From assembly GCA_030668875.1 (NCBI GenBank), contig DAOVER010000006.1, positions 30,001-62,000 of the forward strand: a DNA stretch of 32,000 nucleotides, in the 5' to 3' direction. Positions 7,276 through 15,983 of the stretch are shown here, piece after piece; the stretch's first letter is position 1; each line of letters begins with the position of its first letter. The notes under the pieces were generated by a model. That model had not been told where the DNA came from and ran no database searches. It saw only the letters and a list, made by a program, of their open reading frames with translations. Position numbers and translations under genes: made by a program. This stretch comes from Candidatus Heimdallarchaeota archaeon. Its GTDB lineage: Archaea; Asgardarchaeota; Heimdallarchaeia; Heimdallarchaeales; Heimdallarchaeaceae.

Positions 7276-7998
7276 ATGCCTTCTGATATTAAGGTTAACT
7301 GGGACTGGAAAGGTCAGTATTTCCGTGTTAAAGTACTCTGTTCTTTAGCTGGTGTTGCTACACAAATTTTAGTGAATGATATTGATACGTGTTCCAATAT
7401 TTTAATGGATGTAGGAGATGGGGTCATTAGAGATCTTATCTCGCTTCCTAAAACTCATTATGAGAACATTGATACTGTACTAATATCTCATGGTCATTTC
7501 GATCATGTCGGAAGCATCTTTTCCCTTTTGGCTTTCTTTAGAATGCTTAATCGAAAGAAAAAACTGTGTATAATAGCTCCACCTAAAGTCACAGAACTTC
7601 AAGGTTTGGTTAGAACTTTTCATGAAAGTTATGAAGATAGCACACCTTTCGAGTATGAGATCATTGAGATTGACTCAGAACTAAGTATTCTAGATATTAT
7701 TATCAAACCTTTTCCAGTTCAACATCGAGGTTCTCTTATTGGTGGTGATGAACTCCCTGAAATTCCTGCTATAGGTTTCAGTATCAGTAAGAAAGAGGAA
7801 ACTATTGTTTATACAGGCGATACTGGTTATTTTGAATTACTCAAATCTCACATCACAGGCGCAGATTTAGCTATTATAGAAGGTACACATAAGGGGGAGC
7901 CATCCAACTATCATCTCTCAGTTTCCCAAGCAAAGGAACTAGGAAAATTAGCTAAAAATCATCTCATTGTACATAAGATCCCAGAAACGCATGGTTAG
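7276..7998 (+). CDS. Metallo-beta-lactamase fold hydrolase, RNase Z/BN-like
   Basis: LMDVGDG, SHGHFDH, VQH, VYTGDT, IIEGT and HLSVSQAKELG, matching the RNase Z family motif order. Confidence 0.8.
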   Translation: MPSDIKVNWDWKGQYFRVKVLCSLAGVATQILVNDIDTCSNILMDVGDGVIRDLISLPKTHYENIDTVLISHGHFDHVGSIFSLLAFFRMLNRKKKLCIIAPPKVTELQGLVRTFHESYEDSTPFEYEIIEIDSELSILDIIIKPFPVQHRGSLIGGDELPEIPAIGFSISKKEETIVYTGDTGYFELLKSHITGADLAIIEGTHKGEPSNYHLSVSQAKELGKLAKNHLIVHKIPETHG

Positions 7999-8008
7999 AG
8001 AGGTAGTT

Positions 8009-9106
8009 TCAAGGTATTCCTAAGAGATGTTCTTGAATATAATACCAAGGAATATTTTCAATTTCTGCTTGTTTTAAGTTATCTTTTAATCTTTGAGTTA
8101 AAGGATAAAACATGTATGCTATCTTTTCAAGCAGGAAGAAACCTGAATCTACCAAAGATTCTGAAATTGGTGAAGATTTCGGAACTACAGAAATAACTGT
8201 TGGTATGTTCTGTTCTTTGAGATACTCAATTGATTGGAGTACAAGTTGTCTCATCAACTGTTTCTGCTGTTTTCTACTTTCAACTGTAGCAAAAATATCT
8301 GAGATAATTCCTACAAATGGGTTGATTTTAGCAAAAGATGGCTGAAATATACTAACACGACATCCAGCAATTATTTTATCATTTAACATAACCATTAGAG
8401 CTATTGGAAAGTTTTCATTTATAGAACAATTCTTTATCCATTCCCATTTTTCATGGGTTAAAGAAGCATATCCAAAATTGTCATCGAAACAGTTTTTCAG
8501 ACTTCTTAAGAAAGAATCAATATCGGATTCATTAGCTAATTTTATTGGTAAATTTGACTTCTTATGAAAAATAGTTCGTGTTTTGGAGAGGGGCAATGAA
8601 AGAACAAGCAGCTTGTAGGGTAATTTGAAACCAGACCATGTTGCGGCATAATCTGTCATTCTAACCGCGACTGATGCTTGTTCTACTTCTTGAAAGCCTA
8701 GTTTTGAATATATGTCTCTAGCATGATATTTAGGATCTGCAGATAGAAAAAGACCATCCAAGTCATTCTCTTTGGCATAATCTATAGATCGGTTAATCAT
8801 TATTTTTGCAATCCCTTTTCCCCTGTGATTAGGGTGTGTAGCTACATAATCAATAGCCAATAAATCCAATTCTTCCTTTTGAAATCTTAACTTCCTTCTT
8901 GTTAATGTTGTATTAGCTATTATATCATTGTCTTTTTTAATAATGATGGAGCCCTCAAAATCAACTCCCGGTCTCTGAAAAATCGATTGTTCAAAAAATG
9001 CATTATCATATTTTGTTTTAAAACATATGTTGATAAGAGAGGATATTTCTGGTAAATCCTTCAGATTGTAACTACAAATCTTCATTATTCTAACAAGAAT
9101 CTTCAC
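8009..9106 (-). CDS. GNAT family N-acetyltransferase (probably two GNAT domains)
   Basis: Motif A IDYVATHPNHRGKGIAK and IYSKLGF; the C-terminal half has a second GNAT-like region (IISDIF...LVDSGF). Confidence 0.85.
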   Translation of the reverse strand: MKILVRIMKICSYNLKDLPEISSLINICFKTKYDNAFFEQSIFQRPGVDFEGSIIIKKDNDIIANTTLTRRKLRFQKEELDLLAIDYVATHPNHRGKGIAKIMINRSIDYAKENDLDGLFLSADPKYHARDIYSKLGFQEVEQASVAVRMTDYAATWSGFKLPYKLLVLSLPLSKTRTIFHKKSNLPIKLANESDIDSFLRSLKNCFDDNFGYASLTHEKWEWIKNCSINENFPIALMVMLNDKIIAGCRVSIFQPSFAKINPFVGIISDIFATVESRKQQKQLMRQLVLQSIEYLKEQNIPTVISVVPKSSPISESLVDSGFFLLEKIAYMFYPLTQRLKDNLKQAEIENIPWYYIQEHLLGIP

Positions 9107-9211
9107 TTTAATAAAATCTCGTTAAGAAGCTTATCAATTTGATACAAAACAATATTTAAAAAAATAAGGCACATGTTTTTATACCATTAAAAATCACTGT
9201 AGGCTGATAAT

Positions 9212-9910
9212 ATGTCTGATAAAAAGAAATCTCCGAAGAAGTCTGGTGTGGAGTCAGATAAAGGGGTGGTTCTCTTTAAAGACAATATTAAGAAACATGC
9301 AAAAGAGGAAAAAGACACCACCGAAACTGAAGATCAAAGCACTGAATCAAAACAAGCTAGCGAGTATATGATAAAACTAGTTTTAATTGGCGATTCTGCT
9401 GTAGGAAAAACTTCAATTCGAAATAATTATTTGGGTCTAGGGTTTGAAAAAGAACACATGACAACACTAGGGGCGGATTTTGCCGCAACCACAAAAACTG
9501 TAGATGATTACCAGATCAAATATCAGATTTGGGATCTAGCTGGGCAACCTATGTTTAAAAATGTTCGTCCACGATTTTTTAAGGGGTGTTTTGGTGCTTT
9601 AGCTGTATTTGACATTACAAGAAAAGAAACCTTTCATAACCTTACAAATTGGATTCAAGAACTGTATCAATTTAGTGGAAGAGGCGTAGTTCCTGTTATT
9701 ATTCTTTCAAACAAGATGGATCTTGGGGATCATGCTGTCTCAGTGGAAGAGGCTCAGGAGTTCATTGAAGAGCTCAACAAGAACACAACAGAACATAAAG
9801 TCGAAAACTTCTTTCTTGAAACATCTGCAAAAACTGGTCAAAACATTGATGAAGCATTTCGAATTCTTGGTGAATATATCGTTGAACGATATTCTTCAGA
9901 TAACGATTAA
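9212..9910 (+). CDS. Rab-like small GTPase (Ras superfamily)
   Basis: G1 GDSAVGKTS, G2 TTLGADF, G3 WDLAGQ, G4 NKMD, G5 ETSAK; no C-terminal cysteine prenylation motif. Confidence 0.93.
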   Translation: MSDKKKSPKKSGVESDKGVVLFKDNIKKHAKEEKDTTETEDQSTESKQASEYMIKLVLIGDSAVGKTSIRNNYLGLGFEKEHMTTLGADFAATTKTVDDYQIKYQIWDLAGQPMFKNVRPRFFKGCFGALAVFDITRKETFHNLTNWIQELYQFSGRGVVPVIILSNKMDLGDHAVSVEEAQEFIEELNKNTTEHKVENFFLETSAKTGQNIDEAFRILGEYIVERYSSDND

Positions 9911-9925
9911 AAATAAGTAATTTCC

Positions 9926-10126
9926 TTAGATTATTTTCATAGTATATGCAACAATCAAAACTATTTCACATGCAACAAGTATTAATCCTGCAATTAGATG
10001 CCCTTCAAATAAACTCACGATTGCACTAGCCCCATTAAGCAGTATTCCAAAAATAATAAATAAATCATCAACTGAGGAAATTATTTCTTTCCACTTCTTT
10101 TTTATATTACCATTTGTGGTATTCAA
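9926..10126 (-). CDS. Putative small membrane protein (2 TM)
   Basis: 66 aa, TTG start, two hydrophobic stretches, occupies otherwise intergenic space. Confidence 0.45.
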   Translation of the reverse strand: MNTTNGNIKKKWKEIISSVDDLFIIFGILLNGASAIVSLFEGHLIAGLILVACEIVLIVAYTMKII

Positions 10127-10434
10127 AAGATTTACTTCCGCTTATCGCCTACTTATCGTTATAGTATCCTTCGGCTTTATATCTATTTTCATAACCATTA
10201 TTCAGTTTTAAAGAACTTCGATGGAATTATAACAGTAAAAACATATGACTGAATCGCCAAATTTATTCTTTTTTTACTGATTACAAAAAGCATAAGTACA
10301 TACTTGAAAATACGCAAATATTGTGATTACAAACAATGCCATTTAACTAGCAAAGTAATCTTTTTAAACAAGGATTGTTCCCGAGACACTGAAGAAGCAC
10401 TATAGAGCTCTCTCTAGCGTTAAAACAAAAATGA

Positions 10435-10908
10435 GTGAATAATATGCCAACAGCTTATGATGTACCAGCTGATATGTTAATTTCAAGAATTGTAGAAGAG
10501 TTAAAGAAAGAAACAGAAATAAAACCACCAGAATGGGCTAAATTTGCAAAAACTGGAGTTCATAAAGAAAGCGCTCCCTCTCAACATGATTGGTGGTATA
10601 TTAGAGCTGCTTCTATCTTGAGAAAAATATATTTCAATGGTCCAATTGGTGTTTCTAAACTTCGAATTGCCTATGGTGGACGCAATAGAAGAGGTGTCAA
10701 ACCTGAACACTTTGCTAGAGGAAGTGGTGCAGTTATTCGCAAGGTGTTACAACAACTTGAAAAATCAGGCTATATTCAAAAGCAAAGCGGTCTTGGAAGT
10801 AAAAGTAGGGTCACAATAGGTCGCGTTATTACTTCTAAAGGTCATTCTTTCGTTGATAAGCTTTCTTCAGAGATCAAAAGACAGATTCCTGAATTAGAGA
10901 GATATTAA
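10435..10908 (+). CDS. rps19e: 30S ribosomal protein S19e (start may be ATG 10444)
   Basis: PTAYDVPAD, KPPEWAKFAKTGVHKE, WWYIRAASILRKIY, YGGRNRRGVKP, GSGAVIRKVLQQLE. Confidence 0.97.
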   Translation: MNNMPTAYDVPADMLISRIVEELKKETEIKPPEWAKFAKTGVHKESAPSQHDWWYIRAASILRKIYFNGPIGVSKLRIAYGGRNRRGVKPEHFARGSGAVIRKVLQQLEKSGYIQKQSGLGSKSRVTIGRVITSKGHSFVDKLSSEIKRQIPELERY

Positions 10909-10973
10909 ATTACAATTAATAATACAATAAAAAACAAAACATTAGTAGCTGACCAATAGGAGATGTTAAGCAG

Positions 10974-11312
10974 ATGTATAATGATGAAGAATTGGAAGCT
11001 ATAAGACAAAGAAAACTTGCTCAAATGCAAGAACAACAAATAGCGTCACAAGCTCAAGAAGAGCAACAAGCAACTCTTGAAGCTCAGAAGCAATCAATAC
11101 TACGTCAAATTCTTACTGAAAAAGCTAGACAAAGGCTTGCTAATGTTAAACTTGTCCGTCCTCAAGTTGCTGAAGCTGTAGAATTAAGATTAATTCAAAT
11201 TGCACAGCAAGGAGGAGTAAAAGAAAAAATCAATGATGAACAACTAAAAGAGACCCTTCGTAAAATCCAAGGACAAAAACGAGAGACAAAAGTAGATATA
11301 AGGCGATTATAA
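10974..11312 (+). CDS. PDCD5/TFAR19-family DNA-binding protein
   Basis: DEELEAIRQRKLAQMQ, ILRQILTEKARQRLANVKLVRP, KINDEQLKETL; conserved position after S19e. Confidence 0.93.
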   Translation: MYNDEELEAIRQRKLAQMQEQQIASQAQEEQQATLEAQKQSILRQILTEKARQRLANVKLVRPQVAEAVELRLIQIAQQGGVKEKINDEQLKETLRKIQGQKRETKVDIRRL

Positions 11313-11467
11313 TGGCAAGATATAGAAATTTATCACGAAAATTGAGATATGCGAAGGAAATGAAAACCAACAACCCCGTACCCAGCTGGTGTGTTATTAG
11401 AACAAATCGTCGCTTTCGTAATCATCCTAAACGTAGAAAATGGCGTTCAACTAGAATAAAAAGATAA
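11312..11467 (+). CDS. rpl39e: 50S ribosomal protein L39e (51 aa, not in the ORF track)
   Basis: Manual translation MARYRNLSRKLRYAKEMKTNNPVPSWCVIRTNRRFRNHPKRRKWRSTRIKR*; TAATG overlap with the upstream stop; expected operon position. Confidence 0.95.
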   Translation: MARYRNLSRKLRYAKEMKTNNPVPSWCVIRTNRRFRNHPKRRKWRSTRIKR

Positions 11468-11480
11468 GGAGTTATAGAAT

Positions 11481-11921
11481 ATGTCTCAAGAAGCTATCGA
11501 AAGTATTTTTACCATTCCATTTTACCCAAAATTAAATAAAACAGCACCCTATAAGAGGACACCAAAAGCCGTTAGAATGTTAAAGGCTTTTATCATTAAA
11601 CACACTAAAGCTGATTTTGTTGTGATTACTAATGAATTAAATGAATTTCTTTGGGAAAGAGGTATTAGAAAACCTCCAAGAAAGGTCAAAGTTCGTGCTA
11701 TTGTTGAAACTATCGAAGAAGAAAAAATAGCAACCATTGAACTAATTCATGAAAAAGTTGACATTTCTGCTCGTCCTGATCTAGAAGGCATTTCATTACC
11801 AGGAGAACTTGAAGAAGAAGATGAAGAAGATGAAGAAGAAGATGATTCCTCTATTTCTGAAGAGCTTTTGGAAGAGGCCGTAACAGAAGAGCAAGAAGAA
11901 GAAAAGGAGAAAGAAAAATAG
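11481..11921 (+). CDS. rpl31e: 50S ribosomal protein L31e with acidic C-terminal extension
   Basis: IFTIP, YKRTPKAVRMLKAFIIKH, ELNEFLWERGIRKPPRKVKVR. Confidence 0.95.
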   Translation: MSQEAIESIFTIPFYPKLNKTAPYKRTPKAVRMLKAFIIKHTKADFVVITNELNEFLWERGIRKPPRKVKVRAIVETIEEEKIATIELIHEKVDISARPDLEGISLPGELEEEDEEDEEEDDSSISEELLEEAVTEEQEEEKEKEK

Positions 11922-11940
11922 AACTCCTTCCTCTATTTTT

Positions 11941-12630
11941 TTGAGGGTGAAAAATTTGGATATAGCAAAAACAACCATTCTAGGGAATTCCAGTTTAGGT
12001 ATTTTTGCCTTATCCACAGAGAAATTTTCCATTGTCCCACAAGGAACAAAGGAAAATAGAATTGAACTAATTAAGAATACATTAGGAACAAAAATAGTTC
12101 AAACAACCATAGCGAGTTCTGTTCTAGTAGGCACTTTAGCTGTAGGCAATTCAAGATCATTACTGATTCCTCAAAATGTTACCCAGAAAGAAAAGCAACA
12201 AATCGTTGAGGTACTAGATGGTGAAATTGACATTATTGAGGTAGAAAGCAAATATACTGCGTTGGGAAATCTTATTGTTATGAATGATAAGGGGGCAATA
12301 ATCAGTGAGATGTTTGAAAAAAACATACGAAATCAGATACAAGATAGCCTTGGTATAGAAACTATCGTTGGCTCTATGCTTGGATCACCTCTCGTTGGAA
12401 GTATTGCTATGAGTACAAATAGAGGAGCTTTGGTGCATCCTCTCCTTTCTGAAGAAGAAATAAGTGAAATATCCTCAATCCTAAAAGTACGAACAGATGT
12501 TTGTACTATTAACAGAGGCATACCTTATCCTAGAGTAGGTATGCTTTCTAATACAAAGGGGGCTGTCATTGGATCCGATAGTACAGGTCCAGAAAGCATG
12601 AGAATCTTTGAAGTTTTACTTGCTCCCTGA
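11941..12630 (+). CDS. eif6: Translation initiation factor 6 (aIF6/eIF6)
   Basis: GNSSLGIFA, IASSVLVGTLAVGNS, ALGNLIVMNDKGA, LVGSIAMSTNRGALVHP, CTINRG, DSTGPE. Confidence 0.95.
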   Translation: MRVKNLDIAKTTILGNSSLGIFALSTEKFSIVPQGTKENRIELIKNTLGTKIVQTTIASSVLVGTLAVGNSRSLLIPQNVTQKEKQQIVEVLDGEIDIIEVESKYTALGNLIVMNDKGAIISEMFEKNIRNQIQDSLGIETIVGSMLGSPLVGSIAMSTNRGALVHPLLSEEEISEISSILKVRTDVCTINRGIPYPRVGMLSNTKGAVIGSDSTGPESMRIFEVLLAP

Positions 12631-12699
12631 CAACTATCAATTCAAAAAGTTGAAAAAGCCTTTTAACAAACACCAAATGTTAATGCGTGGTGAACATAG

Positions 12700-12969
12700 A
12701 TGAGTTCTGTAAAAACATTCCACATTCGTGGAGAATTTAAAAAGAGAAAAGATAAAATTCCTTTCGGTAAATATGTAAGAGCGTTGAATGTAGAAGATGC
12801 CCTAGAAGTGGTTTATTCGATTGTTGGAAGCAAACATAGGGTAAAAAGAAATATGATTTACATTAATGCAAAAGACATTAAGGAAATAACAAACCCTGAA
12901 AATATCAAAGATATCATCGTAAAAACCTTTGCAACTGAAGACGATTTAGCATTACCAAAAAGAAAGTGA
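12700..12969 (+). CDS. rpl18a: 50S ribosomal protein L18Ae/LX (eL20)
   Basis: FHIRGEF...FGKYVRA...ALEVVYSIVGSKHRVKRNMI.I; operon position. Confidence 0.92.
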   Translation: MSSVKTFHIRGEFKKRKDKIPFGKYVRALNVEDALEVVYSIVGSKHRVKRNMIYINAKDIKEITNPENIKDIIVKTFATEDDLALPKRK

Positions 12970-12974
12970 GATAA

Positions 12975-13403
12975 TTGACAGAAAAATTACCTTCAGACAA
13001 AATTTCTAAGGAAGAAGTCAATAATTTACTCTTAGCTGCCCAACAGCTGGAACAACAAGCAACAAGATACAACCAACAAATTGAGATATTGAATAGCTAT
13101 TATAGTGAGATTCAAACCTCAGAACAAACTTTGGTGGAATTAAAAGGTGCTAAGAATGATCAGCAAATGTTGCTACCAATTGGTGCGGGTAATTTTATTT
13201 ATACAACCATTAAGGACGCTGAAAAGGTAATTGTCACTATCGGAGCGGGAATTCACAGTGAAAAATCACTTGATGAAGCTATTGATGGAGTTAAGAAAAA
13301 GAAATCTGAGGTCGAGAATCAGTTGTCTCAGATTAAAGCTAGTTATAATGAGGTACTTGAACGCCTGAGGGAAATTGACAGAATCGTAAAATCTGTCATG
13401 TAA
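12975..13403 (+). CDS. pfdA: Prefoldin subunit alpha
   Basis: Coiled coils flanking MLLPIGAGNFI...KVIVTIGAGIHSEKSLDEA; operon position. Confidence 0.94.
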   Translation: MTEKLPSDKISKEEVNNLLLAAQQLEQQATRYNQQIEILNSYYSEIQTSEQTLVELKGAKNDQQMLLPIGAGNFIYTTIKDAEKVIVTIGAGIHSEKSLDEAIDGVKKKKSEVENQLSQIKASYNEVLERLREIDRIVKSVM

Positions 13404-13412
13404 TTCTAGAGG

Positions 13413-14336
13413 ATGGGGTTTTGTTTGTTTGATCAGCTAAGAAAAAACGTTTCGAAGTTAATTAAAAAAATTACAATTACAGATGTTTCTCCTAAATCTG
13501 TTGCTAAAATCACAAAAGAATTGAAGGATATTCTGATAAAAAATGAAGTTGCAGTAGCAACAGCTGATGCAATATGTGATAATCTGACCTCAATTCTTCT
13601 ACAAACGGAACACACACGTTTTTCTAATCCAAAACCTTTAGTTCTGAGTGCTTTAAGAGAAGTTCTGCTCGATATCCTATCACCAAAAAAGAAAGTTGAT
13701 TTACTAGGAATGGTAGAAGAGTCGAAGAACAACAAAAACACTTTAACTATCGCCTTTTTCGGTGTAAATGGTGTTGGGAAAACACTCTCAATTGCAAAAC
13801 TCGGGAAGATGTTACAAGAGAAAGGATATTCCTGCGTATTTGCTGCAGGGGATACATTTAGGGCAGGAAGTATCCAACAACTTCAGCAACATGGCGAGAA
13901 GCTAGGCATACGAGTTATTGCTCAAAAATATGGCTCCGATGCAGCAGCAGTTGCCTTTGATGCAGTAAACCACGCAATCGTAAAAAAGATTGATGTAGTT
14001 TTAATTGACACAGCAGGACGAATTGAAACAAGTTCAAACTTAATGGCTGAATTGCAAAAGATTTGTAAAGTTGTAGAACCTGATCTAAAGATATTTGTTG
14101 GAGACGCATTAACTGGAAATGCACTTGTTTCACAAGTTAAGTTGTTCAATGAAAAAATAGGGATTGATGCTTCAATTTTAAATAAAATAGACGCTGATGT
14201 AAAGGGAGGAGCAGCTGTCTCAGTGACACATATAAGCAACAGGCCAATAATTTTCTTAGGTAAGGGGCAAGGATATAAGGATATAGAGCTTTTTTCTCCT
14301 GAATTTATTGTAAATAATATAATCCCTGTAAAATAA
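13413..14336 (+). CDS. ftsY: SRP receptor FtsY (NG domain; real start may be TTG 13425)
   Basis: GVNGVGKTLSIAKL, AAGDTFRAG..QQL, DAAAVAFDA, DTAGR, NKIDADVKGG. Confidence 0.96.
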   Translation: MGFCLFDQLRKNVSKLIKKITITDVSPKSVAKITKELKDILIKNEVAVATADAICDNLTSILLQTEHTRFSNPKPLVLSALREVLLDILSPKKKVDLLGMVEESKNNKNTLTIAFFGVNGVGKTLSIAKLGKMLQEKGYSCVFAAGDTFRAGSIQQLQQHGEKLGIRVIAQKYGSDAAAVAFDAVNHAIVKKIDVVLIDTAGRIETSSNLMAELQKICKVVEPDLKIFVGDALTGNALVSQVKLFNEKIGIDASILNKIDADVKGGAAVSVTHISNRPIIFLGKGQGYKDIELFSPEFIVNNIIPVK

Positions 14337-14399
14337 TTTTTAGATTTATTCTTTTCCTACTTCTGCATGTCATTTACATAACATTGTATTTGAAAGCTT

Positions 14400-14437
14400 A
14401 TAAAACAAAATAAAGTAAAAATAAAAAAGAAAAGAAG
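14400..14437 (-). terminator. Oligo(T)-rich tract after tuf, putative archaeal terminator
   Basis: A-rich run on the + strand (AAAACAAAATAAAGTAAAAATAAAAAAGAAAAGAAG) directly after the tuf stop, between convergent genes. Confidence 0.4.
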
Positions 14438-15724
14438 TTATTTCTTTGGTGTTACTTTCTTAACGATGCCGACAGCAACGGTTTGACCCATATCTCTGAC
14501 AGCAAATCTGCCTAATGCTGGAAATTCACTATATTGTTCAATGACCATATCACGGGTTGGAATAAGAACTACTTCAGCAGCATCTCCATTCTTAAGGAAG
14601 TCTGGATTATCTACCTTTCCTTCTTTCGATTGTTTCATGTTTAATTTAGCAAATCTGATGGCTACTTGAGCAGTTCCACAATGAACTACTGGAGTGTATC
14701 CAACAGCAATTACAGAAGGATGTCTAATAACTTGAACTGTAGCAACTAATTCTTGTGCGATAGTAGGTGGGTTCTTAACATGTCCTACAACGTCTCCTCT
14801 ATGTGCATCTTGTTTTGTCAATCCTTTACAGCTAAATCCGATGTTATCACCAGGAATAGCTTCTGAAATTTCTTCATGATGCATTTCAATTGACATAACC
14901 GCTGCTTTCTTTCCAGTTGGTTGGAAGATTACTTCTTCTTTTGGTTTAAGTACACCACTTTCAACACGTCCTACAGGAACTGTTCCAATACCAGTAATGG
15001 TATAAACATCTTGGACAGGTAATCTTAGAGGTTTATCAGTGGGTTTATCAGGGACTGTAAATGTGTCAAGTGCTTCCAAGAGAGTTAGTCCTTTGTACCA
15101 GGCCATTTTATCAGATGACTCACCGAGATTATCTCCGAGCATTCCACTAACTGGGACGAAATTGATTTTTGAAATATCAAAACCGAAAAGTTTTAGGTTT
15201 CTACCCATTTCTTCAGAAATTTCGTTATAACGTTCTTCCTTATAATCAGCTAGATCCATTTTGTTAACTGCAACGATAAGTTGGCTAACACCTAATGTCT
15301 TAGCGAGTAAAGCATGTTCTCTTGTTTGTCCAGTAGTACTAATACCGGCTTCAAATTCTCCAGTACCAGCACTTATTACTAAGATTGCTGCGTCAGCTTG
15401 TGATGTTCCTGTAATCATGTTCTTGACGAAATCTCGGTGTCCTGGAGCATCAATTATAGTATAATAGTATTTCTTGGTTTCGAATTTATAAAACGCAAGA
15501 TCTATTGTAACTCCTCTTTCTCGCTCTTCTTTCAACTTGTCTAATACCCAAGCAAATTTGAAACTACCTCTACCAATTAACTCAGCTTCTTTCTCAAATT
15601 TTTCGATTTCTCGATCGCTTATGGTTCCACAAACATAGAGTAAGTGGCCAGTCATTGTAGATTTACCATGGTCGACATGACCAATAATTACTAGATTCAA
15701 ATGAGGTTTTCCTTTTGAGCTCAT
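14438..15724 (-). CDS. tuf: Translation elongation factor EF-1 alpha
   Basis: [53 protein letters not shown]. Confidence 0.98.
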   Translation of the reverse strand: MSSKGKPHLNLVIIGHVDHGKSTMTGHLLYVCGTISDREIEKFEKEAELIGRGSFKFAWVLDKLKEERERGVTIDLAFYKFETKKYYYTIIDAPGHRDFVKNMITGTSQADAAILVISAGTGEFEAGISTTGQTREHALLAKTLGVSQLIVAVNKMDLADYKEERYNEISEEMGRNLKLFGFDISKINFVPVSGMLGDNLGESSDKMAWYKGLTLLEALDTFTVPDKPTDKPLRLPVQDVYTITGIGTVPVGRVESGVLKPKEEVIFQPTGKKAAVMSIEMHHEEISEAIPGDNIGFSCKGLTKQDAHRGDVVGHVKNPPTIAQELVATVQVIRHPSVIAVGYTPVVHCGTAQVAIRFAKLNMKQSKEGKVDNPDFLKNGDAAEVVLIPTRDMVIEQYSEFPALGRFAVRDMGQTVAVGIVKKVTPKK

Positions 15725-15983
15725 TATATTTACACCTTTTTTCTATTAGCAGTACTAATATTTTGTTTGTGCTTTAATAGATTTCCCATGCTGGATTTTT
15801 AAAAGCGTTTTGGTTTGGTTGTTTTTCATGAATAATAAATTCTTTTGTAAAACACATTTTATGAGGTGAATCTCAAGGGTTTATTAAGCTTTAACGCAAA
15901 GAAATAGACTTAAATTGCCATTACTAATAAAAAGTTGAAATCTGAAAAATAGAAGAGAAGAAAAAGAAATAAATTGTTGCAGA

